From positions 10,512-74,511 of the forward strand of contig JABIFG010000272.1 of assembly GCA_018650795.1 (NCBI GenBank): DNA of 64,000 bases, in the 5' to 3' direction. Made by a program: the position numbers and the translations under genes. Origin of the DNA: Fidelibacterota bacterium. GTDB taxonomy: Bacteria > Fidelibacterota > UBA8477 > JABMPR01. The notes beneath the pieces were generated by a model that did not search any database, had not been told where the DNA came from, and saw nothing but the letters and a program-made list of their open reading frames with translations. Shown here in pieces: positions 38,249 to 48,124 of the stretch (positions are counted from its first letter, which is position 1; each line of letters opens with the position of its first letter).

Positions 38249-38914
38249 CTAGAAATTTGAGGACATGTCAGGTAGGTCCTTTTTATCTAAGTGTGGAACC
38301 TGAACATCTTTGGCTGGATGACCGACGACTAATAGGAGGAAGGGACGTTCTCCCGCAGGTCGCTTGAGTATTTTTGTGAGAAAATTCATAGGACTGGGGG
38401 TATGAGTAAGTGTCACAAGCCCAACATTGTGTAGTGCGGTAATAAGCATTCCTGTTGCGATGCCCACAGATTCCTTAGCATAGTAGTGCTTGATCTTATC
38501 ACCCTGTTCATTGACGGCATATTTTTGTTCAAAAATGGCTATTAGTACAGGTGCTTCTTCGAGGAATGGCTTATGTGCATCTGTACCTAGGTGTTCAAGA
38601 GTCTCTAGCCAGGTATCCCCAGCACGTCCAGCATAAAATTGCTTTTCCTCCTCTTCAGCGGCGATTCGAATTTGAGTTTTGAGAGAAGCATCTCTGACGA
38701 CGACAAAGTGCCAGGGCTGTTGGTTGGCACCACTGGGTGCTGTACCCGCAGTTCTTAAGCAATTGTCAATAACCTCCAGTGGTACTTCTTTCCTTGAGAA
38801 ATCGCGAATGGTTCTTCTGGTCTTCATGAAATCGTGAAACTTATTGGATCGACTGACCATTTCTACATCAGTCAGCTCAATAGGTTTATTAAAAGGAATA
38901 AATTGTTTTGACAT
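38249..38914 (-). CDS. Nitroreductase-superfamily protein, iodotyrosine deiodinase-like
   Basis: RRTIRDF, AGTAPSGANQQPW, AEEEEKQFY, HKPFLEEAP, HYYAKESV, LTHTP. Confidence 0.85.
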   Translation of the reverse strand: MSKQFIPFNKPIELTDVEMVSRSNKFHDFMKTRRTIRDFSRKEVPLEVIDNCLRTAGTAPSGANQQPWHFVVVRDASLKTQIRIAAEEEEKQFYAGRAGDTWLETLEHLGTDAHKPFLEEAPVLIAIFEQKYAVNEQGDKIKHYYAKESVGIATGMLITALHNVGLVTLTHTPSPMNFLTKILKRPAGERPFLLLVVGHPAKDVQVPHLDKKDLPDMSSNF

Positions 38915-39016
38915 ATGCCCTCAGTTTTCCTGATTCAATTGTTCGAATAAAGTAATCTGGTGAGCCAGGTCATCCATAATCAAATTAGGTGTGAATTAGA
39001 ATAATCAGACATTAAT

Positions 39017-39461
39017 GCCTGCTGAGAAATAGTTCGAAGAACATAGTCACAATCTCTTTTTAGCAAACGCCCTTCCCGAAGGAGTCTTCAGGTATTTCTC
39101 AAATGAGATTGCCGGTTCTTTTGTCTGAAAGGCAACATAGGTCTTTATTAACCAAGGTTTGTACCTAGAAGTGTACTCATTTTCATGACGATTGTGTTCG
39201 GCCAATCTACGTACCAAATCAGTTGTTCTACCAGTATAGAATTTGTCCTTAAACTTTATAGAACGGAGTATATAAACATAATGCATGCTCATTCCTTTGC
39301 CTGCTGCGACGTAGCTCGAATATATAGTTTGGGTAGAAATCAGACCCGTTTTCGCTTCATGTTATTCAGCGGAGCATGTCCCGAGTGAGTCGAGGGGACG
39401 CGGTCTCCTATGCTCTGAAGAGCGTAGTCGAGCCTGCACGGCCGTAGTTCGAAGAATGTAG
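39017..39461. repeat. Three degenerate ~30-nt direct repeats around the GIY-YIG gene
   Basis: GCCTGCTGAGAAATAGTTCGAAGAACATAG (39017), GCCTGCTGCGACGTAGCTCGAATATATAG (39299), GCCTGCACGGCCGTAGTTCGAAGAATGTAG (39432). Confidence 0.75.
39047..39286 (-). CDS. Stand-alone GIY-YIG nuclease family protein
   Basis: HYVYIL..FYTG.T.DLVRRLAEHN..FEKYLK. AAGGA lies 6 nt before ATG 39286. Confidence 0.88.
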   Translation of the reverse strand: MHYVYILRSIKFKDKFYTGRTTDLVRRLAEHNRHENEYTSRYKPWLIKTYVAFQTKEPAISFEKYLKTPSGRAFAKKRL

Positions 39462-39466
39462 GAGTG

Positions 39467-39550
<84 letters not shown>

Positions 39551-39561
39551 TATTTATCAAA

Positions 39562-39598
39562 GCGCGCCCATGATACATTCTGTCAGGGCATCTGTCAA
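39562..39598 (-). promoter_or_regulatory. Sigma70-type promoter of tRNA-Leu with GC-rich discriminator
   Basis: Minus strand TTGACA (39598-39593), 17-nt spacer, TATCAT (39575-39570), then GGGCGCGC. Confidence 0.8.
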
Positions 39599-39673
39599 TA
39601 AAATGCTGTGCTTTCAATGGAAAATGTTTATCATTGAGGAAACTGAAAAAAACCCTTAGAAGGAGGAGCTGTC

Positions 39674-41461
39674 GTGGAATTTAAGACGATTGCAGAAATG
39701 TTTCTTAATGTTACAAAAAGTCATGCTGACTTAGAGCTATTTAGTGAAAAAGTCAATGATGAGTGGGTGGGAGATAAAGGCAAAGACATATATGAAATGG
39801 TTAAAAATGCATCTTACGGTTTAGCCTCCCTTGGCATTCAGCCAAAAGATAATGTGGCCATTCTATCAACGAACTGTCGTCGTTGGGCTTATTCCGATTA
39901 TGCCATCGCCACCAGAGGTGCTACTTCTGTAACTGTCTATCCTACGTTAATAGCAAGTCAGGTTCAATACATCGTAGCTCATTCCGATTCAAAATTAGTT
40001 TTTGCACAGGATGCAAGCCAGATGGATAAGGTTATGCAGATAAAAGCTGACTGTCCTGAATTGAAGTATGTCGTTTATTTTGATGAATCACTTTCATATG
40101 ACGATGAAAGTGTCATATCCTTTAATGGGCTTATGGAAAAGGGTAAGGCATTTGCTTCATCTGATGGAGCATATGACTATGAAGCTCAGGCACTTAGCGT
40201 GAAACCTGACGATATTTTAACACTTATCTATACCAGTGGTACTACTGGGAACCCAAAGGGTGTTATGCTTACCCATAGCAACCTTGTAAGCAATATTCTG
40301 GCATCCAATGCACGACTGAATATAAGTAGTGAAGATAAGTTTTTATCCTTTCTACCGTTGAGTCACAGTTTTGAGAGGCTAGGGGATTATGTTGGTACTC
40401 ATGTTGGAGCAAATATTACCTATGCTGAATCTATGGAACAGGTGATTGCCAACTTGTCTGAAGTGAATCCTACTGTAGCTATGTCTGTACCCCGCTTATA
40501 TGAAAAAATGTATGCAGGTGTTCAGGCCAAATTTGCTGCTGGTTCATTTATCAAACGTAAAATAGCTGGTTGGGCCGTCAAAACAGGATTTGAATATGTT
40601 GAAGCGCGAAACGCTGGCACTATCTCCCCAAAACTTGCCAAGAAGAAAAAACGGGCTGACAAACTGGTCTTTGGAAAGGTTCAGGCTTTGTTAGGCACTC
40701 AATTTAAATTGTTTGCCAGCGGTGGCGCACCGCTTTCAGCTGATATCGGTAAATTCTTTGATGCTGCCGGTATTACCATTCTTGAAGGCTACGGTCTTTC
40801 AGAGACTTCTCCAGTTATCACTTTGAATCCACCCCATGATTTTCGCTTTGGTACCGTGGGTCCAACTGTTGATGGAGTTGAAGTAAAAATTGCCGATGAT
40901 GGTGAAATATTGTCTCGTGGTCCTCATATCATGAAGGGTTACTACAAGGACGAAGCAGGCACCAGGGAAGCAATTAATGAAGAGGGTTGGTTCCATACGG
41001 GCGATATTGGTATTCTTGATGATGGATATTTGAGAATCACTGACCGTAAAAAGAACATTATTGTTACAGCTGGTGGTAAAAATATTGCGCCTGCTCCAAT
41101 TGAGGGTGCTCTCATACTGAACAAATACTTTGAGCAAGCACTGGTCCACGGTGATCGTAGGAAATTTGTCTCCGCGATTCTCGTTCCTAACTTTGTGGAA
41201 TTAGGTGAATGGGCCACGGAGAACGAGATTACGGACGTAACTCCTGAAGCGCTTTGCGATAATCCCAAGGTATATGAAATGCTCATGACTGAAGTCGCTG
41301 GAGTTATGCAAAAATTCAGCGGATATGAAGCAGTTAAGGAAGCAATTATACTTCCCAAAGAGTTCAGTGTTGAAGATGGCACACTCACACCCACACTGAA
41401 AATCAAAAAACGGGTTGTTGAAGAACGCTATAAAGCGAAGATTGACGCCTTGTACGATTAG
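39674..41461 (+). CDS. fadD: Long-chain fatty acid--CoA ligase
   Basis: YTSGTTGNPKG, FLPLSH, EGYGLSE, WFHTGDIG, TPTLKIK. Confidence 0.9.
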   Translation: MEFKTIAEMFLNVTKSHADLELFSEKVNDEWVGDKGKDIYEMVKNASYGLASLGIQPKDNVAILSTNCRRWAYSDYAIATRGATSVTVYPTLIASQVQYIVAHSDSKLVFAQDASQMDKVMQIKADCPELKYVVYFDESLSYDDESVISFNGLMEKGKAFASSDGAYDYEAQALSVKPDDILTLIYTSGTTGNPKGVMLTHSNLVSNILASNARLNISSEDKFLSFLPLSHSFERLGDYVGTHVGANITYAESMEQVIANLSEVNPTVAMSVPRLYEKMYAGVQAKFAAGSFIKRKIAGWAVKTGFEYVEARNAGTISPKLAKKKKRADKLVFGKVQALLGTQFKLFASGGAPLSADIGKFFDAAGITILEGYGLSETSPVITLNPPHDFRFGTVGPTVDGVEVKIADDGEILSRGPHIMKGYYKDEAGTREAINEEGWFHTGDIGILDDGYLRITDRKKNIIVTAGGKNIAPAPIEGALILNKYFEQALVHGDRRKFVSAILVPNFVELGEWATENEITDVTPEALCDNPKVYEMLMTEVAGVMQKFSGYEAVKEAIILPKEFSVEDGTLTPTLKIKKRVVEERYKAKIDALYD

Positions 41462-41483
41462 AATAGATGTGATATAAATATTG

Positions 41484-41512
41484 AAGAGCTCCTGTCTGAT
41501 CAGGGGCTCTTT
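41484..41512 (+). terminator. Probable intrinsic terminator
   Basis: AAGAGCTCCTG-TCTGAT-CAGGGGCTCTTT. Confidence 0.65.
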
Positions 41513-41534
41513 ATATTAGAAGAGGACGAGGTAA

Positions 41535-42545
41535 ATGAAAATTGCAGTGGTTGGATCCGGTAGCTGGGGCATGACTCTGGCAATTCATTTACTTAAAAAT
41601 GGGCATGATGTAGATGTCTGGTTTTATCTTGAAAAAGATTTCAAACAGGCACAGGATACACGAGAACTTCCTGATTATCTGCCAGGGGTGGTTTTACCAT
41701 CTGAACTGAACTTCACCATGGATATGGAAAAATGTGTTCGTGATAAAGACATCATTCTGATTGCCATCCCTTCACATACTGTTGGAATGACACTTGCTAC
41801 ATTGTCCAATATTATTAGTACAGAGTCAATCATAGTGAATGTGGCCAAGGGAATTGAGAACGATTCCTTAAGAACCATGAGCCAGGTTATTGCCCATGCG
41901 CTTCCAAATCATCCAGTAACTAACATATCCACTTTATATGGACCAACACATGCCGAAGAAGTTGTTAAAGAAATGCCATCAACCATTGTGGCAGCTTGTC
42001 CAGATGAAGTTTCCGGAAAGATCGTACAAAAAGCATTTATGTCTGACACACTGAGGGTTTACACCAACGTAGATATTCTTGGTGTGGAGTACGGTGGATC
42101 TTTGAAGAATGTCATAGCAATTGCAGCGGGTATCCTGACTGGGATGGGGTATGGGGATAATACATTGGCAGCCTTACTGACTCGGGGTCTCTTCGAAATG
42201 ACTCGCCTTGGTGTATTTTTGGGTGCGCAGGAACAAACTTTTGCAGGGCTGAGTGGAATGGGTGATCTTATTGTTACATGTCTCAGCGCACATAGTCGCA
42301 ACAGACATGTTGGTTTTGAACTGGGCAAAGGTCGCAAACTGAAGGAAATTCTAGAAGAAATGAAGATGGTCGCTGAGGGCATCAACACGTCGAGATCAGT
42401 ACATCAGCTTATTGCAAAAACAGGAGTTGAGATGCCCATCTCAGAACAAATATTTCAGGTCCTGTTTGAAGAAAAAGATCCTCGTATTGCTGTAGAGGAA
42501 TTGATGGGCCGGGCTCCGAGGCAGGAACGCCATTCTTTAAGCTAA
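41535..42545 (+). CDS. gpsA: NAD(P)H-dependent glycerol-3-phosphate dehydrogenase
   Basis: GSGSWG, KGIE, GPTHA, LKNVIAIA, GMGDLIVTC, SRN. Confidence 0.95.
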   Translation: MKIAVVGSGSWGMTLAIHLLKNGHDVDVWFYLEKDFKQAQDTRELPDYLPGVVLPSELNFTMDMEKCVRDKDIILIAIPSHTVGMTLATLSNIISTESIIVNVAKGIENDSLRTMSQVIAHALPNHPVTNISTLYGPTHAEEVVKEMPSTIVAACPDEVSGKIVQKAFMSDTLRVYTNVDILGVEYGGSLKNVIAIAAGILTGMGYGDNTLAALLTRGLFEMTRLGVFLGAQEQTFAGLSGMGDLIVTCLSAHSRNRHVGFELGKGRKLKEILEEMKMVAEGINTSRSVHQLIAKTGVEMPISEQIFQVLFEEKDPRIAVEELMGRAPRQERHSLS

Positions 42546-42808
42546 ATTACAGTCCAGAATCAAATTGTAAATTCTAATTACAAGCATTGGTGACGCTCAT
42601 TGAATGGCGCTACAACTCAACTCTTTCCATCACGATACCCATTACATTACACGTACTTAAATTTTTCAATTTCAAGCGGCTGGATTTTATCGATCTGATT
42701 GTTGAATAGTTTGTATCTGGTAGGTTAACGAATATATTCAATGTTTCGGATTCGAACGTAATTCGATGAAGCAAAATGAAGTTATTGTTTAGAGGTATTT
42801 TTACATAA

Positions 42809-43840
42809 ATGAGTATTGATCAAACTGTGAAGCATAGGAACTGGGAAGTCTTACAGACTTTGCTTCTGGAGAATGACAAATTTATCTTCTCCACACATGT
42901 TCAACCTGATGCAGATGGAGTGGGGTCCGAACTCGGCCTCGCAAGGTATCTAACATCCCTTGGAAAGACGGTGCATATTCTGAATCCGTCCCCTTTAAGG
43001 GTCAACCTCGAATTTTTACCGATAAATAATGAGATTGAAGTGTACGATGCTTCACTGCATGCAGATCTCATAGCCGACTCGGATGTGTTTATTGCTTTTG
43101 ATATCGGTCATTATGATCGTTTATTGGAAATCGGTGTGGATCTTCAATCGATAGATATTCCAAAAGTGAGTATTGACCACCATCCAGGTGATAAATCTCA
43201 ATTTGATATTCAGTATGATATTCCAACGGCCAGTTCCACAGGTATTCTCATCTATGATCTTTTGAACTCCATGGATGATACGGCAAATTCCCACCTGGAT
43301 ATTGCAGTGCCTCTTTATTCCGCTATGATGAGCGATACGGGTAATTTTAGATTTAATAACACAGATCCAGAGACCTTGATGGCGGCAGCCAATCTGGTTG
43401 CTGCAGGTGTCAAGCCGTATGAGCTATATGTTTATCTTTATGAAGATTTAAACACGCCGGGTAGACTCCAGGTTATCCAGAGACTGCTTAGCGAATTGAG
43501 ATACGAATGTGGTGGCAGGTTAGCCTGGTCCGTTATCAATTTTGAAGATATCCGACCATTAGGTGCTGTCCCAGATGATATGAATTCTCTATCAGATTTC
43601 ATACGATCCATTAGAGGAGTTGAAGTTGGCATTTCAATCACCCAGATGTCAGGTGAAAAAGTTGATGTGAGCTTCAGATCAAAAGGAAAGATACCGATAA
43701 ATACAGTTGCACAATTCTTTGGTGGCGGAGGTCATGCTTTTGCGGCTGGATGCCATGTTGAAGGAACCCTTGAAAATGCTGCAGAGTCGGTGGTTAAGAA
43801 GACTCTAGAAGCAATCAAAGCGTGGGATGGGAATGTCTGA
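42809..43840 (+). CDS. nrnA: DHH/DHHA1 phosphoesterase (NrnA-like)
   Basis: HVQPDAD, IDHH, DTGNF, SFRS, GGGGHAFAAG. Confidence 0.85.
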   Translation: MSIDQTVKHRNWEVLQTLLLENDKFIFSTHVQPDADGVGSELGLARYLTSLGKTVHILNPSPLRVNLEFLPINNEIEVYDASLHADLIADSDVFIAFDIGHYDRLLEIGVDLQSIDIPKVSIDHHPGDKSQFDIQYDIPTASSTGILIYDLLNSMDDTANSHLDIAVPLYSAMMSDTGNFRFNNTDPETLMAAANLVAAGVKPYELYVYLYEDLNTPGRLQVIQRLLSELRYECGGRLAWSVINFEDIRPLGAVPDDMNSLSDFIRSIRGVEVGISITQMSGEKVDVSFRSKGKIPINTVAQFFGGGGHAFAAGCHVEGTLENAAESVVKKTLEAIKAWDGNV

Positions 43841-44690
43841 CCATCTGAAAATTAGAGTTGCTAAAGATGCCGGATTTTGCTTTGGCGTAAGGGACGCCAT
43901 TGAAAAAGCTCGGGAGATTGCCAGGGAGCATGGCAAAGTTTATATGCTTGGGGATATCGTTCACAATGAACGTGTTGTAAACGATCTGACTAAAGAAAAT
44001 GTTAGGGTTGTTGATTCTCTCGATGATGTCACGGATGCACCGGTTCTGTTTAGAGCTCATGGAACGACTCCCGAGTTATGGGAAGAAGCTGGTAGGAAAG
44101 ATTTGGCCATAGTTGATGCGACTTGCCCCTTAGTGCATGAGATCCATAATGAGATTAAAAAACTGAACGACGAAGCTAGAAAATTGATCATAATTGGTGA
44201 TCATGGTCATGATGAGGTCATAGCCATACGAGCTCAGGTTCGTGAAGCAATTATCATAGCCTCAATTGCAGAGGCAGAAGCTTTACCACGCATAAAGAAG
44301 GCTGGTATTGTCTCTCAATCCACTCAGATGATAGAGAATGTTCAGGAAATAATCGGCATTCTTTCCATGAAAATATTTGATTTAAGATTCGTCAATACGG
44401 TTTGCTTTCCAACCAGGAGAAATCAGGGCCAAATTAAAGAGTTAGCGCCTATTTCAGATGTGATGATCATCGTTGGTTCTTTTACCAGTGCCAATACAAA
44501 AAGACTGCATGAAGTTTCACTGGGATTGAATCCACACTCATATATGGTTGAAAGTGCATCTGATATAAAAGAAAGCTGGTTTGATGAAGCTGAATCAGCA
44601 GGCGTCTCTGCTGGTGCTTCCTCACCAGATGATCTTATCCAAGAAGTCGTTGAACATTTAAGTAACTTACACGTGAAATCACGTGTGTAA
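43827..44690 (+). CDS. ispH: 4-hydroxy-3-methylbut-2-enyl diphosphate reductase
   Basis: GFCFGV, IVHN, DATCP, HDEV, NTVC, SAGASSP. Confidence 0.95.
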   Translation: MGMSDHLKIRVAKDAGFCFGVRDAIEKAREIAREHGKVYMLGDIVHNERVVNDLTKENVRVVDSLDDVTDAPVLFRAHGTTPELWEEAGRKDLAIVDATCPLVHEIHNEIKKLNDEARKLIIIGDHGHDEVIAIRAQVREAIIIASIAEAEALPRIKKAGIVSQSTQMIENVQEIIGILSMKIFDLRFVNTVCFPTRRNQGQIKELAPISDVMIIVGSFTSANTKRLHEVSLGLNPHSYMVESASDIKESWFDEAESAGVSAGASSPDDLIQEVVEHLSNLHVKSRV

Positions 44691-44724
44691 ATATTGATAT
44701 AATAAGTTTCTGGAGACAACGAAA

Positions 44725-45606
44725 ATGACAAATGAGCTGTTCGAAGTAAAAACAGGATTAGCTGAAATGCTCAAAGGTGGAGTTATTATGGATGTAACTA
44801 CACCACAACAGGCTGAAATCGCCGAACAGGCTGGTGCCGTTGCAGTGATGGCCCTGGAACGAATTCCAGCTGATATTCGTAAGGATGGTGGCATTGCCAG
44901 AGCTTCAGATCCGAGGATGATCAAAGAAATTCAGAAAACTGTTTCAATACCGGTAATGGCTAAATGTCGAATCGGTCACTTTGCTGAGGCTCAGATTCTT
45001 GAAGCCCTGGAGATCGACTATATCGACGAGAGCGAAGTGTTAACGCCTGCCGATGAGGCCAATCATATCTGGAAACATGATTTCAAAACACCCTTTGTCT
45101 GTGGTGCGACCAATTTGGCCGAAGCCCTACGACGAATTGGTGAGGGCGCTGCCCTTATTAGAACAAAAGGGGAGCCAGGCACCGGAAATATTGTTGAAGC
45201 AGTACGCCACATGCGTACCATCACAACTGAAATGGCCAATTTGAGTACATTACGAACTGATGAACTCATGGCTGCAGCAAAAAACATGGGAGCTCCCTTT
45301 CATCTGGTTGCTCAGGTGGCCAAGACAGGTAAACTTCCTGTTCCAAATTTTTCAGCCGGCGGAATCGCCACCCCAGCTGATGCATCCCTTATGATGCAAC
45401 TGGGAGCGGAAACTATTTTTGTGGGATCAGGAATTTTCAAATCTGAAGATTCTGAAGCCATGGCCAAAGCCATTGTTCAGGCCGCTACTTTCTATGATAA
45501 ACCTGAAAAACTGGCTGAGATCTCTGATGGTCTTGGAAAAGCCATGAAGGGTCTTGATATGTTAGAAATAAATCCTGAAGACAGAATGCAAGATAGAGGC
45601 TGGTAG
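44725..45606 (+). CDS. pdxS: PLP synthase subunit PdxS
   Basis: [32 protein letters not shown]. Confidence 0.97.
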   Translation: MTNELFEVKTGLAEMLKGGVIMDVTTPQQAEIAEQAGAVAVMALERIPADIRKDGGIARASDPRMIKEIQKTVSIPVMAKCRIGHFAEAQILEALEIDYIDESEVLTPADEANHIWKHDFKTPFVCGATNLAEALRRIGEGAALIRTKGEPGTGNIVEAVRHMRTITTEMANLSTLRTDELMAAAKNMGAPFHLVAQVAKTGKLPVPNFSAGGIATPADASLMMQLGAETIFVGSGIFKSEDSEAMAKAIVQAATFYDKPEKLAEISDGLGKAMKGLDMLEINPEDRMQDRGW

Positions 45607-45615
45607 GGAGATATT

Positions 45616-46218
45616 TTGACTGTTCGACCAGAATATGACGAATTAACCATAGGCGTTGTAGCACTACAGGGCAGCTTTGCCAAACATGCCTTCGCCATGG
45701 GAAAACTCGGTATTAAAAGTCGAGCTGTACGGGAACCTGGGGACTTGAAGCTTATTGATGCTTTGATTCTACCTGGGGGTGAATCTACAACCATGACGCT
45801 ACTCCTTGAGGAGGAAGGTCTGTGGGAGCCAATGAATGAAGTCCTGGAGACAATGCCTGTTTTTGGCACTTGCGCCGGTGCAATTCTATTGGGTCAACAA
45901 GTTGACGATGAGAGAGTTCGCTGTTTTAACAAAATTGATTACAAAGCTGAGCGAAATGCTTATGGTCGTCAAATTGAATCATTTAGTACTTCACTGGTGA
46001 TCCCCAGCATCATAGATCATGATTTTCATGCGATTTTTATTCGTGCACCCAAATTTCGAGAAATCAAACCAAGCGTTATGTCATTGGCTGTATTTGGAGC
46101 TGACCCTGTACTCATGAGACAAGACAATGTACTGGTTGCATCCTTTCATCCTGAATTAACTGAAGACTCAGGTATCCATAAGTATTTTGTGGATGAAATC
46201 GTTTTAAATTCGAGGTAG
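45616..46218 (+). CDS. pdxT: PLP synthase glutaminase subunit PdxT
   Basis: LPGGEST, GTCAG, RNAYGRQ, FHPE. Confidence 0.95.
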   Translation: MTVRPEYDELTIGVVALQGSFAKHAFAMGKLGIKSRAVREPGDLKLIDALILPGGESTTMTLLLEEEGLWEPMNEVLETMPVFGTCAGAILLGQQVDDERVRCFNKIDYKAERNAYGRQIESFSTSLVIPSIIDHDFHAIFIRAPKFREIKPSVMSLAVFGADPVLMRQDNVLVASFHPELTEDSGIHKYFVDEIVLNSR

Positions 46219-46225
46219 ACTATCC

Positions 46226-48103
46226 ATGTCGGATAAATATAAATTTTTAAAAACCATAGATTCCCCAGATGATCTTAAAGTTTTAGCTGAATCTGAATTA
46301 ATTGAGCTATGTCAAGAAATCCGGGATTATACTATTGAAGTTGTTTCAGAAACAGGTGGTCATTTAGCCCCAACTCTGGGTGTTGTGGAACTTTCTGTTG
46401 CTCTGCATAAAGTATTTAACTCACCTCAAGACAAAATTATCTGGGATGTTGGTCATCAGGCCTATGCCCATAAAATTTTAACTGGGCGTCGAGAAAAGTT
46501 AAAAACAATACGTCAATATGGTGGTATTAGCGGCTTTTGTAAGCCTGAGGAGAGTGAACACGACGTCTATGGCGCCGGGCATGCATCTACATCTATTTCA
46601 GCCGGTGTTGGTTTTGCCATCGCTCGAGATTTGAAAGGTGAGGATCATCAGGTTATCTCTATTATTGGGGATGGAGCATTGACTGGTGGGCTGTCATTTG
46701 AGGGATTGAACAATCTGGGGATGCTAAGAACCCGGATGATGATCATCCTAAACGATAATGAAATGTCCATTTCGCCAAATGTTGGTGCAATGTCAAAATA
46801 TTTATCAAAGATTACTACCAACCCGCTTTACAATCGTGTCAGGGACGAGCTTTGGAATGTTACCGGTAAGCTCCCAATCGGTAAGAAAGCTATTCGGACC
46901 GGTATGAAAAAGGTAGAGGAGAGTCTCAAGAATCTATTGGTGCCTGGTGTCATATTTGACGAAATGGGGATTCGCTATTTCGGACCTATTGATGGTAATG
47001 ATTTACCACTATTGATATCCACTATGGAAAATATCAAGGATATAAGTACCCCTATTCTGCTACACATTATAACTAAAAAGGGGCTCGGTTTTGCACAAGC
47101 TGAAGAAAATCCTGCCAAATTCCATGGTATCGGTCCTGCTGCCAAGCCGGGTCAAGCAGTTGCAAAGAAGGAAGCACCTCCCTTTTTGAATGTATTTGGA
47201 GATGAGCTCAGTGCGTTGGCTAAAAAGGATAAGCGAATAGTAGCAATTACAGCTGCCATGCCAGATGGTACAGGATTATCTGGTTTTGCTGATAAATATC
47301 CCGATCGCTTTTACGATGTAGGTATCGCTGAGGGGCATGCTGTAACTTTTGCTGCCGCCCTCGCTTCACGTGGTTTGAAACCATTTGTGGCTATCTATTC
47401 CACATTTTTGCAGCGTGCATATGACATGCTGGTGCATGACATAGCTGTACAAAAAATACCTGTTATATTTATGCTGGATCGGGCTGGATTGGTTGGTGAG
47501 GACGGTCCCACACATCATGGTGTGTTGGATTTATCCTACCTCTCCAGTATCCCTGGAGCTATCGTTGCTGCTCCTCGCAATGGTGAAGAACTGCGTCATA
47601 TCATGCAGACAGCCCTGGAACATGAGGATGGTCCATTCTTTATCCGTTATCCTAAAGCCACTTCGGTAAAAAATAGGAAATCGATTAAGAGCAAGGCCGT
47701 TGAAATAGGTAAATGGGAGACACTATCAGAGGGTCAGGATATCGCCATTATTGCAGTAGGCTCGATGAATCCAGTGGTTGAAAAAGCGGTTAAAATACTT
47801 TCAGCAGAAGGGGTTAACACCAGCTACGTCGATGCCAAGTTTATCAAGCCCTTTGATGAAGAGCTGCTTCTGTCACTTATGAAATCAAACAAGCATATCC
47901 TGGTTGTTGAAGAGAATAATTACCCCGGCAGCCTTGCACAGACAATAAAAGCTTTTGCAGAACCTGTTGAAAATTGCGCCAAGATACATTCACACACTCT
48001 ACCAGATAGATTTGTTACCCATGGTTCACGGGCACAATTATTAGCAGAAGTGAAGTTGACGTCTGAAGAAATCGCTGCTGCAGTTTTTAAATTGAATAAA
48101 TAA
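46226..48103 (+). CDS. dxs: 1-deoxy-D-xylulose-5-phosphate synthase
   Basis: GGHL, WDVGHQ, GDGA..LNDN, DVGIAE, DRAG..DGPTHHG. Confidence 0.96.
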   Translation: MSDKYKFLKTIDSPDDLKVLAESELIELCQEIRDYTIEVVSETGGHLAPTLGVVELSVALHKVFNSPQDKIIWDVGHQAYAHKILTGRREKLKTIRQYGGISGFCKPEESEHDVYGAGHASTSISAGVGFAIARDLKGEDHQVISIIGDGALTGGLSFEGLNNLGMLRTRMMIILNDNEMSISPNVGAMSKYLSKITTNPLYNRVRDELWNVTGKLPIGKKAIRTGMKKVEESLKNLLVPGVIFDEMGIRYFGPIDGNDLPLLISTMENIKDISTPILLHIITKKGLGFAQAEENPAKFHGIGPAAKPGQAVAKKEAPPFLNVFGDELSALAKKDKRIVAITAAMPDGTGLSGFADKYPDRFYDVGIAEGHAVTFAAALASRGLKPFVAIYSTFLQRAYDMLVHDIAVQKIPVIFMLDRAGLVGEDGPTHHGVLDLSYLSSIPGAIVAAPRNGEELRHIMQTALEHEDGPFFIRYPKATSVKNRKSIKSKAVEIGKWETLSEGQDIAIIAVGSMNPVVEKAVKILSAEGVNTSYVDAKFIKPFDEELLLSLMKSNKHILVVEENNYPGSLAQTIKAFAEPVENCAKIHSHTLPDRFVTHGSRAQLLAEVKLTSEEIAAAVFKLNK

Positions 48104-48124
48104 ATATCAGGAGTGGGTTTAACT

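Noticed and set aside
39017..39461. CRISPR array
   Set aside because: The repeats are degenerate and irregularly spaced (282 and 133 bp), one interval holds a gene, and there are no cas genes.
42546..42808. ncRNA or small gene in the gpsA-nrnA gap
   Set aside because: No recognisable RNA motif; the 43-codon minus-strand frame has no SD or motif.
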